Shown in pieces: positions 48,139 through 60,100 of a DNA stretch of 64,000 nt. The position numbers and the translations under genes were made by a program. This DNA comes from a virus. Its lineage: Duplodnaviria > Caudoviricetes. The number at the start of each line of letters is the position of its first letter. The stretch's first letter is position 1. The DNA lies in IMG/VR virus record IMGVR_UViG_3300032319_000936, positions 96,001 to 160,000 of that record. One strand, written 5' to 3'. Below the pieces are notes generated by a model, which saw only the letters and a list, made by a program, of their open reading frames with translations, ran no database searches and was not told the DNA's origin.

Positions 48139-49833
48139 TTATGAAGTTGTAGACACACACCCGCAAACAATAGCGCTGTCGCTGGTGGTGTAATTCTTTA
48201 AATTTCCTCCCCAAGCTTTGAAATAAACTTTCCATTCATTTAGTGAATTCGTTTTAACTATAGTAAATTCAAACTGATCTGCGTATGTATTCTCATTTCC
48301 GCCCGTTACAAGATCACCTAATAAAACTGCATTTTTCTTAGCCCCAGAAGAAAAAGTGAAAGTAGATGAAGGGTCGTTAGAATTAGGTGCGTCCAATATA
48401 ATGACATTAAATCCCCATCCGCTAGATGTTGTATTAACTCTGAATGTCATGGATTCACCTACGGAAACTAAATAGCCATATCCAGTTTTAGGTGCGGATG
48501 CAGAGTTTGGTATAAATATAGCAAGTGATTGCTTTGCTACTACACCACCTGTGTTTATATCGGCATGGAAAAATTCACCAATCTGATGACGCATTAGATT
48601 GGTGTTCGTAGTTGTACTTGTTGCTGCACCTACTGAATAAACATACTGCGATCCCGTGGTTTTTCCAGACCAAGTAGGCATGGATCCTGTACTATTATAA
48701 CCGGATGCTGTTTTAGGATTTGGGAAATATCCGCTAGTTTTTTTAGCAAATTTATTGTTACCGTCAGAATCAGCCAGATAAAAATTGTTTGGTCTTGCTA
48801 AATAAGGTCCATAAGCAGAATATGAAGACGATCCGGTGTATTTGGCACTTAATAGATTTTGACCCGTATTATATGCGGTAGTTCTATTGTACGTGATACC
48901 ATTTTGAACCATCACCGTATTTCTTCCGGTCGTTGCTGAATTAGTGAATGCCGAAAAAGAAACCGGTCCTGTAAATCCATAATTATTCCACACAGCATTT
49001 GCAGAGTTTATAGCCAATGTGGGGGAATTGATGCTAAAATCGCCAGTTGCTGCATAATAATTAAGATCGCTAGAAAATGCTCCGGTTATCCCGGATCCTA
49101 TGCTCACATCTTTGAATCTAACCTCATTATGAGCAACCCCATTAAAGTTTGCAACATTAAATCCAAGTCCTCCTTTTGCCTCGAAATTCAATCCATAAAC
49201 ATCAGAACTAGCTGTATTAGTAGTGTACCACTTGATTTTAGGAGTTAGTGAATTAAAAGAAGAACCGGTCTGATATTGATATTTAGAAAATTCTAAAAGA
49301 GGGAATCCAGTTGTTCCGCCAGTGCCAACCATTAATTTGGAAAGCTGTGGATTCTTAACATTTGCTCCAGAAGCTCCCGAAAGTACTAATGTTTTTTCAG
49401 CGGGGGACGGTAAAGCTATAGTATAAGCCTGTGTTGGGTAACCTGATGTAAGGCCGGTAGTTGATGCTGCAATTTCAAAAACACCAGTTTGTGAAATTAA
49501 AAATCCTTGACTGACCCAGTTATATGATCCATTTGATTGCGTCCATTCGAAAACTTCACAGTCATTAGCTAGGTCTACCCAATAGTCACCTCCAGTGACA
49601 CCCGATGTTGGTCCCGTATCCTGAACAAACCAAAAATTACCTCTTTGTCCTTGAAATCCTATCGGGCCAGTAATCCCAGTTGCTCCATATGACCCAACTG
49701 CTCCAGGTATACCGACAGATCCATAAGCACCACCACCCGCATTTATAATCTGGTTAAAATTATAATTCAGCTTGTTAGCTACGTCTGACTGGGAATCCCC
49801 TTCTTGTAAGTTTAAAAGCCTTAAATCTATCAT
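48139..49833 (-). CDS. Tail fibre/spike-like protein, paralog 2
   Basis: GDSQSDVANKLNYNFNQ + collagen + GQRGNFWF...GDYW module. Confidence 0.7.
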   Translation of the reverse strand: MIDLRLLNLQEGDSQSDVANKLNYNFNQIINAGGGAYGSVGIPGAVGSYGATGITGPIGFQGQRGNFWFVQDTGPTSGVTGGDYWVDLANDCEVFEWTQSNGSYNWVSQGFLISQTGVFEIAASTTGLTSGYPTQAYTIALPSPAEKTLVLSGASGANVKNPQLSKLMVGTGGTTGFPLLEFSKYQYQTGSSFNSLTPKIKWYTTNTASSDVYGLNFEAKGGLGFNVANFNGVAHNEVRFKDVSIGSGITGAFSSDLNYYAATGDFSINSPTLAINSANAVWNNYGFTGPVSFSAFTNSATTGRNTVMVQNGITYNRTTAYNTGQNLLSAKYTGSSSYSAYGPYLARPNNFYLADSDGNNKFAKKTSGYFPNPKTASGYNSTGSMPTWSGKTTGSQYVYSVGAATSTTTNTNLMRHQIGEFFHADINTGGVVAKQSLAIFIPNSASAPKTGYGYLVSVGESMTFRVNTTSSGWGFNVIILDAPNSNDPSSTFTFSSGAKKNAVLLGDLVTGGNENTYADQFEFTIVKTNSLNEWKVYFKAWGGNLKNYTTSDSAIVCGCVSTTS

Positions 49834-49850
49834 CTATCTATATATTGTGG

Positions 49851-50375
49851 TTAAGGGGCTAGCACAAAATTTCCACTCCATCCGCCCTTTCCGTTGTAAC
49901 TATAAGCCTCCCAGAAAACCCAAGGATAAGCGGTTGCTCCTGGCTGTGTGCTCGTTGTTGTAGTTGTATTTGATCCGAAAACAGTAATCTCTATTTGCGA
50001 GCAAATGTTTAGATTACCAGAGCTAGCTCCAAAGATGAAGTAGTCAGTATTAAGTGTTTGAGGTCTAGTAGTTCCATTCCAGAACCCTATAAAAGAAAAT
50101 CCGGATAAGGAAGGCAAGGATGAACTGGGAATAGGTCTATCACATATTACTCTCAATTTAACAGCTTCGCTTTTTGGTAGGGTATCTATTGAAATATAAT
50201 TAGCTACATTGAATCCAATACCAAGGTAAGACCCAATAGCACCTGCTGTAGCGGTGCTATCTGATCCTACCGATCCATAAGATGGGTCTATAAAAATAGT
50301 TCTAGAATCTATTAGATCAAAATATGGTATTTCGTACCAATTTATTTTATTTTTTAACTGAGGAGTAGGTGCCAT
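49851..50375 (-). CDS. Structural protein resembling the C-terminal domain of the fibre paralogs
   Basis: SQIEITV...WVFWEAY compared with DQFEFTIV...WKVYFKAW in paralog 2. Confidence 0.55.
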   Translation of the reverse strand: MAPTPQLKNKINWYEIPYFDLIDSRTIFIDPSYGSVGSDSTATAGAIGSYLGIGFNVANYISIDTLPKSEAVKLRVICDRPIPSSSLPSLSGFSFIGFWNGTTRPQTLNTDYFIFGASSGNLNICSQIEITVFGSNTTTTTSTQPGATAYPWVFWEAYSYNGKGGWSGNFVLAP

Positions 50376-50391
50376 ATTCTAAAACAAATAT

Positions 50392-51579
50392 TTAAGGAGT
50401 AGTCCAAGTAAAGGCCGGACTGTTAGTATTATTATAGTACTTTTCCGAAGTTTTTTTCGTATAAACTTTACCATTTGCTCTAATTTCCAAAACAGTACCT
50501 GATTGTCCTGAAGAAAACTTACCTAAATTAACCCCAGTTGATGCATACAGTGAGGCGCCATAGCTAAAAAAACGGGTAACACGAAACGGTATCTGAGAAT
50601 AGAATGGGGGAGTAGTATCCCCAGCATTTTTAGTGACGTTGAAGTATCCGTCATTCTTTGCTACACTTGGATAAAAATTAAAATTAAATGCCGGGCCAAC
50701 AGAAGAGTCGGTGCCAAAGTTAGCGTACGATTGGGTGATTGAAATATTGGTAGTATTAGGAAATAATAAATTACCCGCTGGTGCATTAAGTATAATGTTT
50801 CCACCAACGGTCATATCTTGATCTGCTAGCGTTATTGAGCTAACCTGTGATTCAAACTTAATCTGATTTGATGCATTTATACTCATGTATCCTGTAGCAC
50901 CGCCGCCGAAATCAATCTTATATGGCCCATATGGAACGATTGAATCTAAATTCAAGCTATCGCCCCACGAAAAAAATGGATGCTTAACGAAATCTGATGT
51001 TGCACCCGTTGATCCTGCTATGTCTAGATCTGCTCTGCTAAATTCCATCAAATAGTCTGAAGCTAGATCCGGATTAGTCGATATAACGAACTTAGCTCCC
51101 TGCGGATTCAAATTACCCGCCTGTTCTGGTTGATCATCAGCAAGGACAAATGCAAAATCCTGAGGATTATCCTGATTAAAAGCTACTGCAGCTCCATAGC
51201 TTTGACCACTTGGTCCAATGACACCTGTTACATTCTTAAACAGATTCTGGTCTCTTTTTAGGCTAGAAATGTAATTCCACCCTGTTGCTCCGTAGGAATA
51301 ACAGTCAGCATTGCCATCCAGCCAGTAATCACCAGTGTTTACATCAGGACCTGTTGGTCCAGTAATCTGAACGAACCATCTGCTTCCTCTTCTACCGGTT
51401 TGTCCTGTTGCTCCGGCTGGTCCAGCATGACCTATAGTTCCTCTTTCACCGGTGGGTCCTTGATCTTCAAGTGTGCCACCCATAGCATTGGATAGCTGAT
51501 TAAAGTTCTGATTTAGTTTATTAACCAAATCTGATTGTGGATCTGCTGGAAAAAAAGGCTGTAAATTCAGTCTAGACAT
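50392..51579 (-). CDS. Tail fibre/spike-like protein, paralog 3
   Basis: ADPQSDLVNKLNQNFNQ + collagen + GRRGSRWF...GDYW module. Confidence 0.7.
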   Translation of the reverse strand: MSRLNLQPFFPADPQSDLVNKLNQNFNQLSNAMGGTLEDQGPTGERGTIGHAGPAGATGQTGRRGSRWFVQITGPTGPDVNTGDYWLDGNADCYSYGATGWNYISSLKRDQNLFKNVTGVIGPSGQSYGAAVAFNQDNPQDFAFVLADDQPEQAGNLNPQGAKFVISTNPDLASDYLMEFSRADLDIAGSTGATSDFVKHPFFSWGDSLNLDSIVPYGPYKIDFGGGATGYMSINASNQIKFESQVSSITLADQDMTVGGNIILNAPAGNLLFPNTTNISITQSYANFGTDSSVGPAFNFNFYPSVAKNDGYFNVTKNAGDTTPPFYSQIPFRVTRFFSYGASLYASTGVNLGKFSSGQSGTVLEIRANGKVYTKKTSEKYYNNTNSPAFTWTTP

Positions 51580-51584
51580 TTCTG

Positions 51585-54500
51585 TTAAATTTTATCTATG
51601 TTAAATCTGAATATAATCTGATAGTTGAAATTAAGCTCGAGTTTATATGTGAAATTATAAACCAAATTATTAACCTTCGTCAGTATTAAATTCTTATCTG
51701 GGATGTATCCATTTCTGAGTCTTTCCGCTGCCGCTATATCACCTCTGACCTGATATTTTGCATCTTGTGTCCCTGTTGCAGTTTTTTTAACATAAGCCTG
51801 TAAAACTGACCCCTCGTATATAGGAGCTATATTTAATTCCAGATATGATAATATATCGTCCTGTATTGAAGCAGGGTCTCCAACTCCAAATTCCGAAATA
51901 ACATTGCTCAGGAAAACATGTCCTACCCCGTCATTCATTAGATACCTTCTTAGCATTCTATCCAGCCTGATTACACCGGTTATTGTAGTGTCATCAGGTT
52001 TCTGCCAGAATATTTCAACATTCGGAAATATGTTAACATTCAAGGATTTCACTGGTATAGAAGCATTATAAGGCAATAAAACACCAATACCAGAAGCTGA
52101 ATTAGTAGCGTTTATCTGTTGAATCGGGATTAATGAATTGAAAGCATTAGTGTTTATGGTGCTAACGTCACTTGTACCCGATGTTGTGGATAACTGGAGG
52201 ACTATCTGATTATCTATAATGATATTCTTGGGTGTCTTCATCATTTTACTACCGAGAAAGCTTTTTTGCTCTGCCATCGATCTGGTTCCGGCAACCGGGG
52301 TTTCCAAAGTAGCAGAAGTGTATTTATTATAGTAACCAGCGTCCCAAGATGACTGGAACACATTAAAGTCTTTCCTAGCAATAGGTGTTTGTCCAACTAG
52401 AGGATATCTAGGTCCAGCTGGTAGATTCTCGCTTTGCTGCAAGATGCTATTTTCAGAAACCTTCGTATAATTAATATTTTTTATAAGTCCAAAGTTGAGT
52501 GTTTGTGGAGCAAATGTGCAGTTTCTAAAAGAAAGGTCGATTCCTGTATTTGGTATGGTATCGTTCTTATCATATTGGAAAAATATAGTCTTTTTAAACA
52601 TCGGCTCATATTTACCAGAATATCTAAGTAATTGTGAAGGCACGCCAGTTGGTGAAACCTGTATGTCATACGAATTAGCTTGCCTCACTGATTCAGTCTG
52701 CGGACCTCTCCCTGGTATTAATCCAGGTTTAATACTAGCAGCAGGAGAAGAATATACCTTAACCGGTCTAGATTCACCGATCTTATAAATCTGAGCTGGT
52801 TCCTCGAAGTAGACCGAGAAATCTTCCAATTTTACAGAAGATGTTGAAGTTGCATCACTGTAAAAATAAGATTCATATTTAACATAAGGATTTAGAGAGT
52901 TTACCTTATCTGCCACATATGAAAAAGAGGTTCTCTTTGCTATAAAATCAAAATAATTTTGACCACCTTGGATCTGGAAAACAGGTTTATTTCTATAAAT
53001 ACTGCTAGCACCAACAGGTACAGTAACAGGACTAGAGAACGAAAAAGGTACAGTGAAATAGTAGTTACTGTTTTGCCCAACCGGACCAAATTCTAAAAAT
53101 CTCTCACCAACCCCAGTTGGCCATGGGTATTGGCACCCGATATCAGGTACAGAAAAACTACCAGGTCCCTGATAACTTAAACCAGATGCAGATGCGCTAT
53201 TCGGATAGGTTAGATTGACCTCCTCTCTTAAATCAGTATCGTAGTTAGGGTTATCTGTTATCGCTATTCTTCCTGGGTTTGTTGTCGAATTAACAACACT
53301 GCCTGATGAATTAGATAGGTTTAAAGCAACACTTAATTTAGTATCTGCTATACTGTATAGAGGCTGCCCGTTAACGAATGAACTAGCAAGCTCATTTTTG
53401 TCGCTCAAGCTATAGAGGAGGGTATAGTCAGCTATCGGTGATCCACCAGTTCCTCCAGTATATCCAAGTGGCTGGAGTTTATAATCATTCATAACAACAT
53501 CGATAAGCATGATTATAAACTTCTGCGTGTTGTTTTCTATGAATTTATAAGAAACCGGAGTCTGTATCTTAGTGGAATCCTCTGGTATTACTCTTAGTAG
53601 TGAAGCATATCTGTATCCTTCGTATCCTCTGTAGCCATCTATATAAAGATTAACATCGTTACCCTGAACATCCGCTTTGAAGTCAGACCTTTTCTTCAAT
53701 ATAACTTTTGCTCCCCTGAAGATAGTTTCATAATAACCGTTACCCTCATTGTAGGTAAACTCTGTAAATAACTCCTTTGTCTGATCTGTCAAATCCTGAT
53801 ATTCAGCGGGATAATCCTCAGGTGTTACTGTAAAGTAAGACGGCAAATAATCAGAAGAATTAGGTGTTGGGTCTACAACTGAATCAAGATCTATAGGTCC
53901 AGCCATATAACTTTGTTGATCCTTCATAAATTCTACAGGAAATTCCCTTGGTACATTTTCCAGAAGGAACCATTCGTGAGTCAAATACTTAGGGTCAGGA
54001 TAGAAATTCTGGAACGTAGGTGAAAAATTACTGGGAGAAAAAGAAGGACTAAGATTTAATCTATATTGGTGACCTCTAGAATCAGTACCGTTTTTATATC
54101 CCCATTTATTTATGAAAGGAACTATCCTAGATAAATTAGCTCTTTCAATTGTGTAATTCTCCTGTAAATAAGAGTATTCGCTAGCAAGCAATCCATAATT
54201 AAATTGCTGCTCTTTTGTTGCATTATTTGGCTGTAAATTAGTTTGCTCTATCGATCTGATACCAATGAACCCCTGGAAGCTGTTTAGATTTTTTTCATAT
54301 CCTGTATCTGTATTATATGTACCATATAAAGCATTGGAAAACTCAAGAGGATAAACAACAGGAACTATCGTTGATGTATTACCATTTGTAAAACTAGAAG
54401 CACCGCTAACACCGGTGAAGGTGTTAGTCCCGTTATAAAGGATGCCGTTATAATAAACCGATCCGTTCTTTACATAATAAGGTATATCAGCTACTATTTC

Positions 54501-57086
54501 TCCTTCAGTATCAGGTAAAAGCTCTAAATATCTGAACGTCTCGTAATTTGGATTTATACCATACACAGATGACCAAAAATCGAAATCGAAATCCTTGAAA
54601 TCAAAAAATGTAAATACACCTGTTTTTAAGATATAGGGTTCAAATACATTGAACTTTGAATCCGAACCTAGAACTATTTGTTCATAAGGGTCAGCGATAA
54701 CAGCGGTTCTAAATAGGGCATAGTCGTTAAATCCCGTAACAAGTTTGGTGTTTGTATCATATATTGGGTCATCAACGTATCTACCAACCTCTTGTATCAT
54801 TGAAAATCCTTGCTTGGTCTGTATGAAGTTACCAGTTCTGACTATATTCAAAACATCATCATCAAACGATACCCTAATTAGTGGCTTATCCGTACCACCT
54901 TGGAAATACTTAACCCCCGAAAATAATGCTGCGTCTTCGTCTTTAATATTAAGGTATCCGCTACTAGAAAATGAATAATACTTTTCCCAGGTAGTTCCCT
55001 GTAAATCAGCCGGATTCTGATTGGACGAGGAAGCGGAAGCGGTAACGGTTGAAAGTGCCTGATAATATTGGCTGCCATATCTTACAATGTCGCCAATAGA
55101 ATATGCACTAGACGGTGACCACATCCATTGATATTTGGATTCAAAATAGTCATAGTTATCGAAGACAGATATGTAATATGTGGAATTTCCTATATCATTA
55201 GCATTTTTAACTCTAATTATAGAACTGGATTCCACTGTACCAGAATCCCACACCAATTCGGAAACGTCATAAACCGAAGTTGAAAAAGAATTAGCTATAT
55301 CGCCAGTGGTACCTGAAAATGCGTTAAAATAATAATCGTTTCCGCTACTATATGTGCTCCCAGCTACCCAAACTATCGTAGCAGAAAAATCACCGCTTCT
55401 AATTATATCAAACCTTTCAGCTCCCTCTGATCTAGATCCCTGTGGCCAATATATCTTGATGGTAATATCCTTACTTGGTATATCCCATGGCTGTAGAAAT
55501 TCTATATTGAAATATGGATTTCCGTTTTTACTGGTTACAAATCCTTTGGCACTTAGAGCTTGATTCTCTATACCCGTGAAGTTTAAAAGATCAACTGAGT
55601 TGTTCTGTAAAACAAAAGTTCCAGCAGTGCATCCAGTAGAACCAGTAGCGCTAAAGAATTCTGTAGAAGGGTCATAAGGTCCATATCCATAAGGGGAACT
55701 TGCAGTTACTGAGCTATCCCAGTTATCAATTCTCTTAAGCGAATAAAAGTTATCGTTCTTATCAGTTACATAGAATAATTTCAAAGAGCTAATCGAATTA
55801 GTGTCATTTGATCCAGGAATGAATCCACTTGCTCCTTCATAATATAGCCTAACACCTGCTGTAGCAGCTACCGGATATGATGTGTTATCGTAATAATATC
55901 CGAATGCATTTCTGCTAGGTATCGGATAGTTTTGATTACCCTCTGAATTTCTAAATTGATAAAGGAATTCACCATTCAGTATAAATTCACCGGTGTCATT
56001 TCTAGAAACATAGGCTCCGTAATATCTGTTGATATCATAGTCAGTTGCTTCTGTATCATCAAAAAGGAATTCTAGATTTAAAAGGCTAGGACAAATTATT
56101 CCATTTCTGGAAAACCCCTCAGTTATAAACCTTTCCAGGTCAATTTGTACCGTTGAATCAGAGCTTGTAAAATAATCCCAAGTCAATTCGCCTGCTTGTG
56201 TATAAACTCCAGAATTTACAGATATGCCATTGAAATATGTAAATCCGCCATCTCCGAGGTTAATGTTCACCGGTGAATATGATTCACCAATGTCAGAAAA
56301 TATCCTCCTGATATAGTTACCTATCCTTGTGCCAGACCTCAAATCGAAAGTTTTTATCACACCAGAATTGGGTAATATTTTGTCAGTAAAATAGGTCTGT
56401 ACATTGTCTACATTATCGATGTTATAAAGTTCATCGAATATAACAACGGATCCACTTCCCGAAAAAATACTATATGAGGTTAGCGAACTTAGTCCAGTGA
56501 AAAAATCACCACTTTGATAGTAAACAGGATTTCCACTTCCATCTACACCATATCTGACCACGAAATTATCCTGATCGTAATTTTTAACCACCTTATACTT
56601 TACACCCTGACTGATAACAGTCTGATTCTGTGAATATGTATAGGAAAGAGGTCCAGGTACTTTGAATATAACAAAGAAATCCGGTATCTCACTCTTTATC
56701 CAAAGAGGTGCAAAATAAGAGAAGTCTTCGGGATAGTTTTTATCTATAAGTGTTTGAGCACCCGCAGAATATAAAAAATCATATTGCCCTGCATAGTTAT
56801 TACTGGATTGGTTCTCACCGTTTGTCAACTGGCCAACCTTAAAAACAATGCTTCTGGATACTAGACTAGGATTGAATAATTGAAAAAGGTCCTGAGCATA
56901 TGTTTTTTCTCCAGTAACATTATACTTCTTAAAAATGTCAGTACTTAAAACAGTATCTGCATTAATAGAATTTAGCCAAACCCCTCCCTCTGAATCGACG
57001 GTGATTTTTACATTTCCCGATAAAACGGGATTCGTTCTCATTAAAGAGAATGATGTGTTGTAGTCGTATAACTTTTGAAATGCCAT
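51585..57086 (-). CDS. Large virion structural (baseplate/tail) protein, 1833 aa
   Basis: Y/F/S/T/N-rich ORF; the internal WSPSSAYSIGDIVRYGSQYYQAL segment is a CBM5/12-like module. Confidence 0.7.
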   Translation of the reverse strand: MAFQKLYDYNTSFSLMRTNPVLSGNVKITVDSEGGVWLNSINADTVLSTDIFKKYNVTGEKTYAQDLFQLFNPSLVSRSIVFKVGQLTNGENQSSNNYAGQYDFLYSAGAQTLIDKNYPEDFSYFAPLWIKSEIPDFFVIFKVPGPLSYTYSQNQTVISQGVKYKVVKNYDQDNFVVRYGVDGSGNPVYYQSGDFFTGLSSLTSYSIFSGSGSVVIFDELYNIDNVDNVQTYFTDKILPNSGVIKTFDLRSGTRIGNYIRRIFSDIGESYSPVNINLGDGGFTYFNGISVNSGVYTQAGELTWDYFTSSDSTVQIDLERFITEGFSRNGIICPSLLNLEFLFDDTEATDYDINRYYGAYVSRNDTGEFILNGEFLYQFRNSEGNQNYPIPSRNAFGYYYDNTSYPVAATAGVRLYYEGASGFIPGSNDTNSISSLKLFYVTDKNDNFYSLKRIDNWDSSVTASSPYGYGPYDPSTEFFSATGSTGCTAGTFVLQNNSVDLLNFTGIENQALSAKGFVTSKNGNPYFNIEFLQPWDIPSKDITIKIYWPQGSRSEGAERFDIIRSGDFSATIVWVAGSTYSSGNDYYFNAFSGTTGDIANSFSTSVYDVSELVWDSGTVESSSIIRVKNANDIGNSTYYISVFDNYDYFESKYQWMWSPSSAYSIGDIVRYGSQYYQALSTVTASASSSNQNPADLQGTTWEKYYSFSSSGYLNIKDEDAALFSGVKYFQGGTDKPLIRVSFDDDVLNIVRTGNFIQTKQGFSMIQEVGRYVDDPIYDTNTKLVTGFNDYALFRTAVIADPYEQIVLGSDSKFNVFEPYILKTGVFTFFDFKDFDFDFWSSVYGINPNYETFRYLELLPDTEGEIVADIPYYVKNGSVYYNGILYNGTNTFTGVSGASSFTNGNTSTIVPVVYPLEFSNALYGTYNTDTGYEKNLNSFQGFIGIRSIEQTNLQPNNATKEQQFNYGLLASEYSYLQENYTIERANLSRIVPFINKWGYKNGTDSRGHQYRLNLSPSFSPSNFSPTFQNFYPDPKYLTHEWFLLENVPREFPVEFMKDQQSYMAGPIDLDSVVDPTPNSSDYLPSYFTVTPEDYPAEYQDLTDQTKELFTEFTYNEGNGYYETIFRGAKVILKKRSDFKADVQGNDVNLYIDGYRGYEGYRYASLLRVIPEDSTKIQTPVSYKFIENNTQKFIIMLIDVVMNDYKLQPLGYTGGTGGSPIADYTLLYSLSDKNELASSFVNGQPLYSIADTKLSVALNLSNSSGSVVNSTTNPGRIAITDNPNYDTDLREEVNLTYPNSASASGLSYQGPGSFSVPDIGCQYPWPTGVGERFLEFGPVGQNSNYYFTVPFSFSSPVTVPVGASSIYRNKPVFQIQGGQNYFDFIAKRTSFSYVADKVNSLNPYVKYESYFYSDATSTSSVKLEDFSVYFEEPAQIYKIGESRPVKVYSSPAASIKPGLIPGRGPQTESVRQANSYDIQVSPTGVPSQLLRYSGKYEPMFKKTIFFQYDKNDTIPNTGIDLSFRNCTFAPQTLNFGLIKNINYTKVSENSILQQSENLPAGPRYPLVGQTPIARKDFNVFQSSWDAGYYNKYTSATLETPVAGTRSMAEQKSFLGSKMMKTPKNIIIDNQIVLQLSTTSGTSDVSTINTNAFNSLIPIQQINATNSASGIGVLLPYNASIPVKSLNVNIFPNVEIFWQKPDDTTITGVIRLDRMLRRYLMNDGVGHVFLSNVISEFGVGDPASIQDDILSYLELNIAPIYEGSVLQAYVKKTATGTQDAKYQVRGDIAAAERLRNGYIPDKNLILTKVNNLVYNFTYKLELNFNYQIIFRFNIDKI

Positions 57087-57179
57087 TTACTAATAATTAT
57101 TAGAATCTGTTATTAGTATTTATCATCGATTAAAAAGGCTGTCAATTCCATTTGTTCCACCCAGAATAGAATTACAGTT

Positions 57180-60100
57180 TTAAACACTTAGAACGTTATT
57201 TATAATATTAACCGTGGAATTTGCTGGTGGAGTTACTTGGGATCCAAAGTTAGGAGCTATAAGTGTCTGATTTCTATATGCACCGGTAACTTCTATATCA
57301 AAAGAAAATACGCTAATTGCTCTCTGTTGTAGGTCTATACCAATCTTCTTAGTATAAGTTACGTTACTCAAAGTGCCAGCTTTTCTATATCCTCCGATAT
57401 ATCCTCCAACATCCTGTGCTCTAAATTGGAATATAACTGGAATATTAACAGAGTTATTCTGTCCTTGATAGATTCTTTTAGATGCCTGTGACGTGAATCC
57501 ATCCACAGCTAAGTAGGTTGTCTGCGGTATACCTAAGAAAAGATAAGCCCCGCAGGAGTATTTACCGATGAGGTACTGATCGTTTGCATTAAACCCAACT
57601 CTATCCTGCCATTGTGAATCATATATGTCAACAGAGGCAGCAGTTGCTCCTGCCGCTGCTGTCGGAGTTCTGTATTGAGTTTGTGTGTAATACCCAGGTA
57701 GAGCTGTATCAGCGTAGAATCCAAGTGCATGCCTGAATGCAGGATATAAAATAGACCCGGTTACGGTATTATCAAAATTAGGCTTAACGTAGGTAACATA
57801 ATCACCTGTAGCACCAGTATTCAGGGACGGGTGAGTTGTTGATATACAAAATTCTGAAACGTATCCTCCACCCTGTGGTGTTGATCCCGACCATAAGCCA
57901 GACCAAATACCTGCGGCTGTACCTCCAGACACTGTGGCTGGTGTATTTTGTGGATCGTACGGTATCAAACAAGATCCATTGAGAGGCATAATTCCACCAG
58001 TTACGCCAAAGAAAGAGGTACTAGGTGTGCTACCTGAGTAGTCATATAAAGGATTGAAAGTTGGTATCTGCGAACTTGTTAGATATAGATCTTGATCCAA
58101 TCCGATGTTCTTGTACCTCGAATACGCGTACTGCCCATATGTTTGAGCACAAGCAAAAGGAGCAGCCTGATAAATGTTGGTATTTGAAACCACATCTGAC
58201 GATGCGTATGTTGTTACAGATAAAGGAACCGCACCATATCTAAGGTTAGTTCCGTAGCCATCTATCTGAGGATAAGTCGAAATAGGAGCTTGAGTGGTAA
58301 ATCCACCGGGAACTATAGACTGAAGTTCTACAGGGGTTGCCTGAGAGTTAGTAAGTGATATAAGATAGGTCTTAGTGTATATCTTACCTATATTTGCAGT
58401 AACAGTTAGATCAAATAGATCGTTATAGTATCCTGCATTTAATGAAATTACCTGTCCAGCCGAAACTTGAAGTGAGCTGACCCCGTCCAATAGATAAACT
58501 TCCAAAACACCAACAGTAACAGAAACAAGAGATTGTAACGTTGCGATCTGTTGCTGAAGTTCCGCTAATTTATCAAATATGCTTATGGTTCCACCTGCTG
58601 AATTGAAAAAACCAGATGCTATACTCGAGCCCTGGTGAAAATACGTAGCAGTATTCTCAGTAAACTGCTCAGAAAGATGCTGGGGAAGTCCCTGTGCGGT
58701 AAGGCTCTCCTGCACGGTTACCACTGCTGAATCCTCGCTATTTTTCTTCAATAGATCAGTTATACCATTTACGGCTAAGTCACTAGGGAATGAAATAGAA
58801 ACAGGGTCAGAATATATCGATACGTGGGGATTATTAGGCCATCCCGCTTCAGACACAGATGCTATTTGTATTTCTACTTTTTCACCTTTTTGAATAGGAA
58901 TATCAATTTGATTTATATTTTGGGCATCAGCATTATCAACATTCTCCGGAGCCCAAACATAAACTCCCTTATTCTCATCATAGACTTTCTTTCTAATTGG
59001 AGTTGTGTATTCCACCCAATTGGAGAAAGCTCCAGTCTTTTGCTGTCCGTTATTATCAACGAATTTAATTTGCTCAGTTGGCTGGGTTGCACCACTATCA
59101 GAGAGATATCTGTATCTTACCTTGAAAGCTATCACCTGCTGCGAACCTGTTAAAGGATCGAAAACAGGGTCAGGTATTGCCCAGAATCCTCTTACTCTAT
59201 ATTTAGGCTGCGTATCAATCTGTGAAAGATCGGACGTAGTCGTTTGGATGTCCTTCACAATGGATGAATAAAGCTGACTCTTCTTTGATTTCTCGTTTAT
59301 AAGAGAATCTAATTTAGCTTGTATCGTACTAATAGCCCCCGAAGAAGATTTAGTTGCGCCTAAAGATTTAGCTTGATTTAGCTGAACCATAGTTTGATTA
59401 ATCGAAGCATCCAATGCAACTAGCTCGGTCTTAAGAGAGCTTTTGGCGGCAACCTTATCTGTAGCTGTCTTGGAAGAAACAGAGTCAGTAACCTGCTTAT
59501 TAATTTGAACAACTTTAAAGTTTGTCCCTGCAACAGTAGGTACATTAGGTGTTAATCCCTGAATAGCAGGAACTGTTTTTTCCTTTGCCATATCAAGAAA
59601 CACCTTGCCGATATCTGCTACCTGTGTCAAATAAAACTGTTCTAAAGAAACAAGATTACCTGCTGAATCCAGAGTAGTTAATTCACTGCTCCAGAATGTG
59701 ATACCTGTAGACCACTCAGATGAAACTATATTGAAATTATCATCGATCGTCTTAAAGAAAACCCCCTGTCTTTCATCATTTCCGATGTTAACATCAACGA
59801 ATCTATCTCCGAGGTCGTTCGAGAAATAGCTAAGTGTATCAGCTCCTAAGAAAACCTGCTGATAACCAGATACTCTCTGTAATTGAACCGAGGATTCATC
59901 TACGTTAACAGAGGTGATCAAATAGATCGTGCCATCTGCGGTGGCTAGTCTATCCCCATTATTAAGGGTCTTGCTATTCTTTACACCTGTTGTTGTGTCC
60001 GTGTACTTTAAACTTGCTAACTTATAATTACGAACCGTTGTTTGAACTAGCTGCCCATTTTGACTTGTTGTAGAAGCAACACTATCATAAAAAGAGGTAA

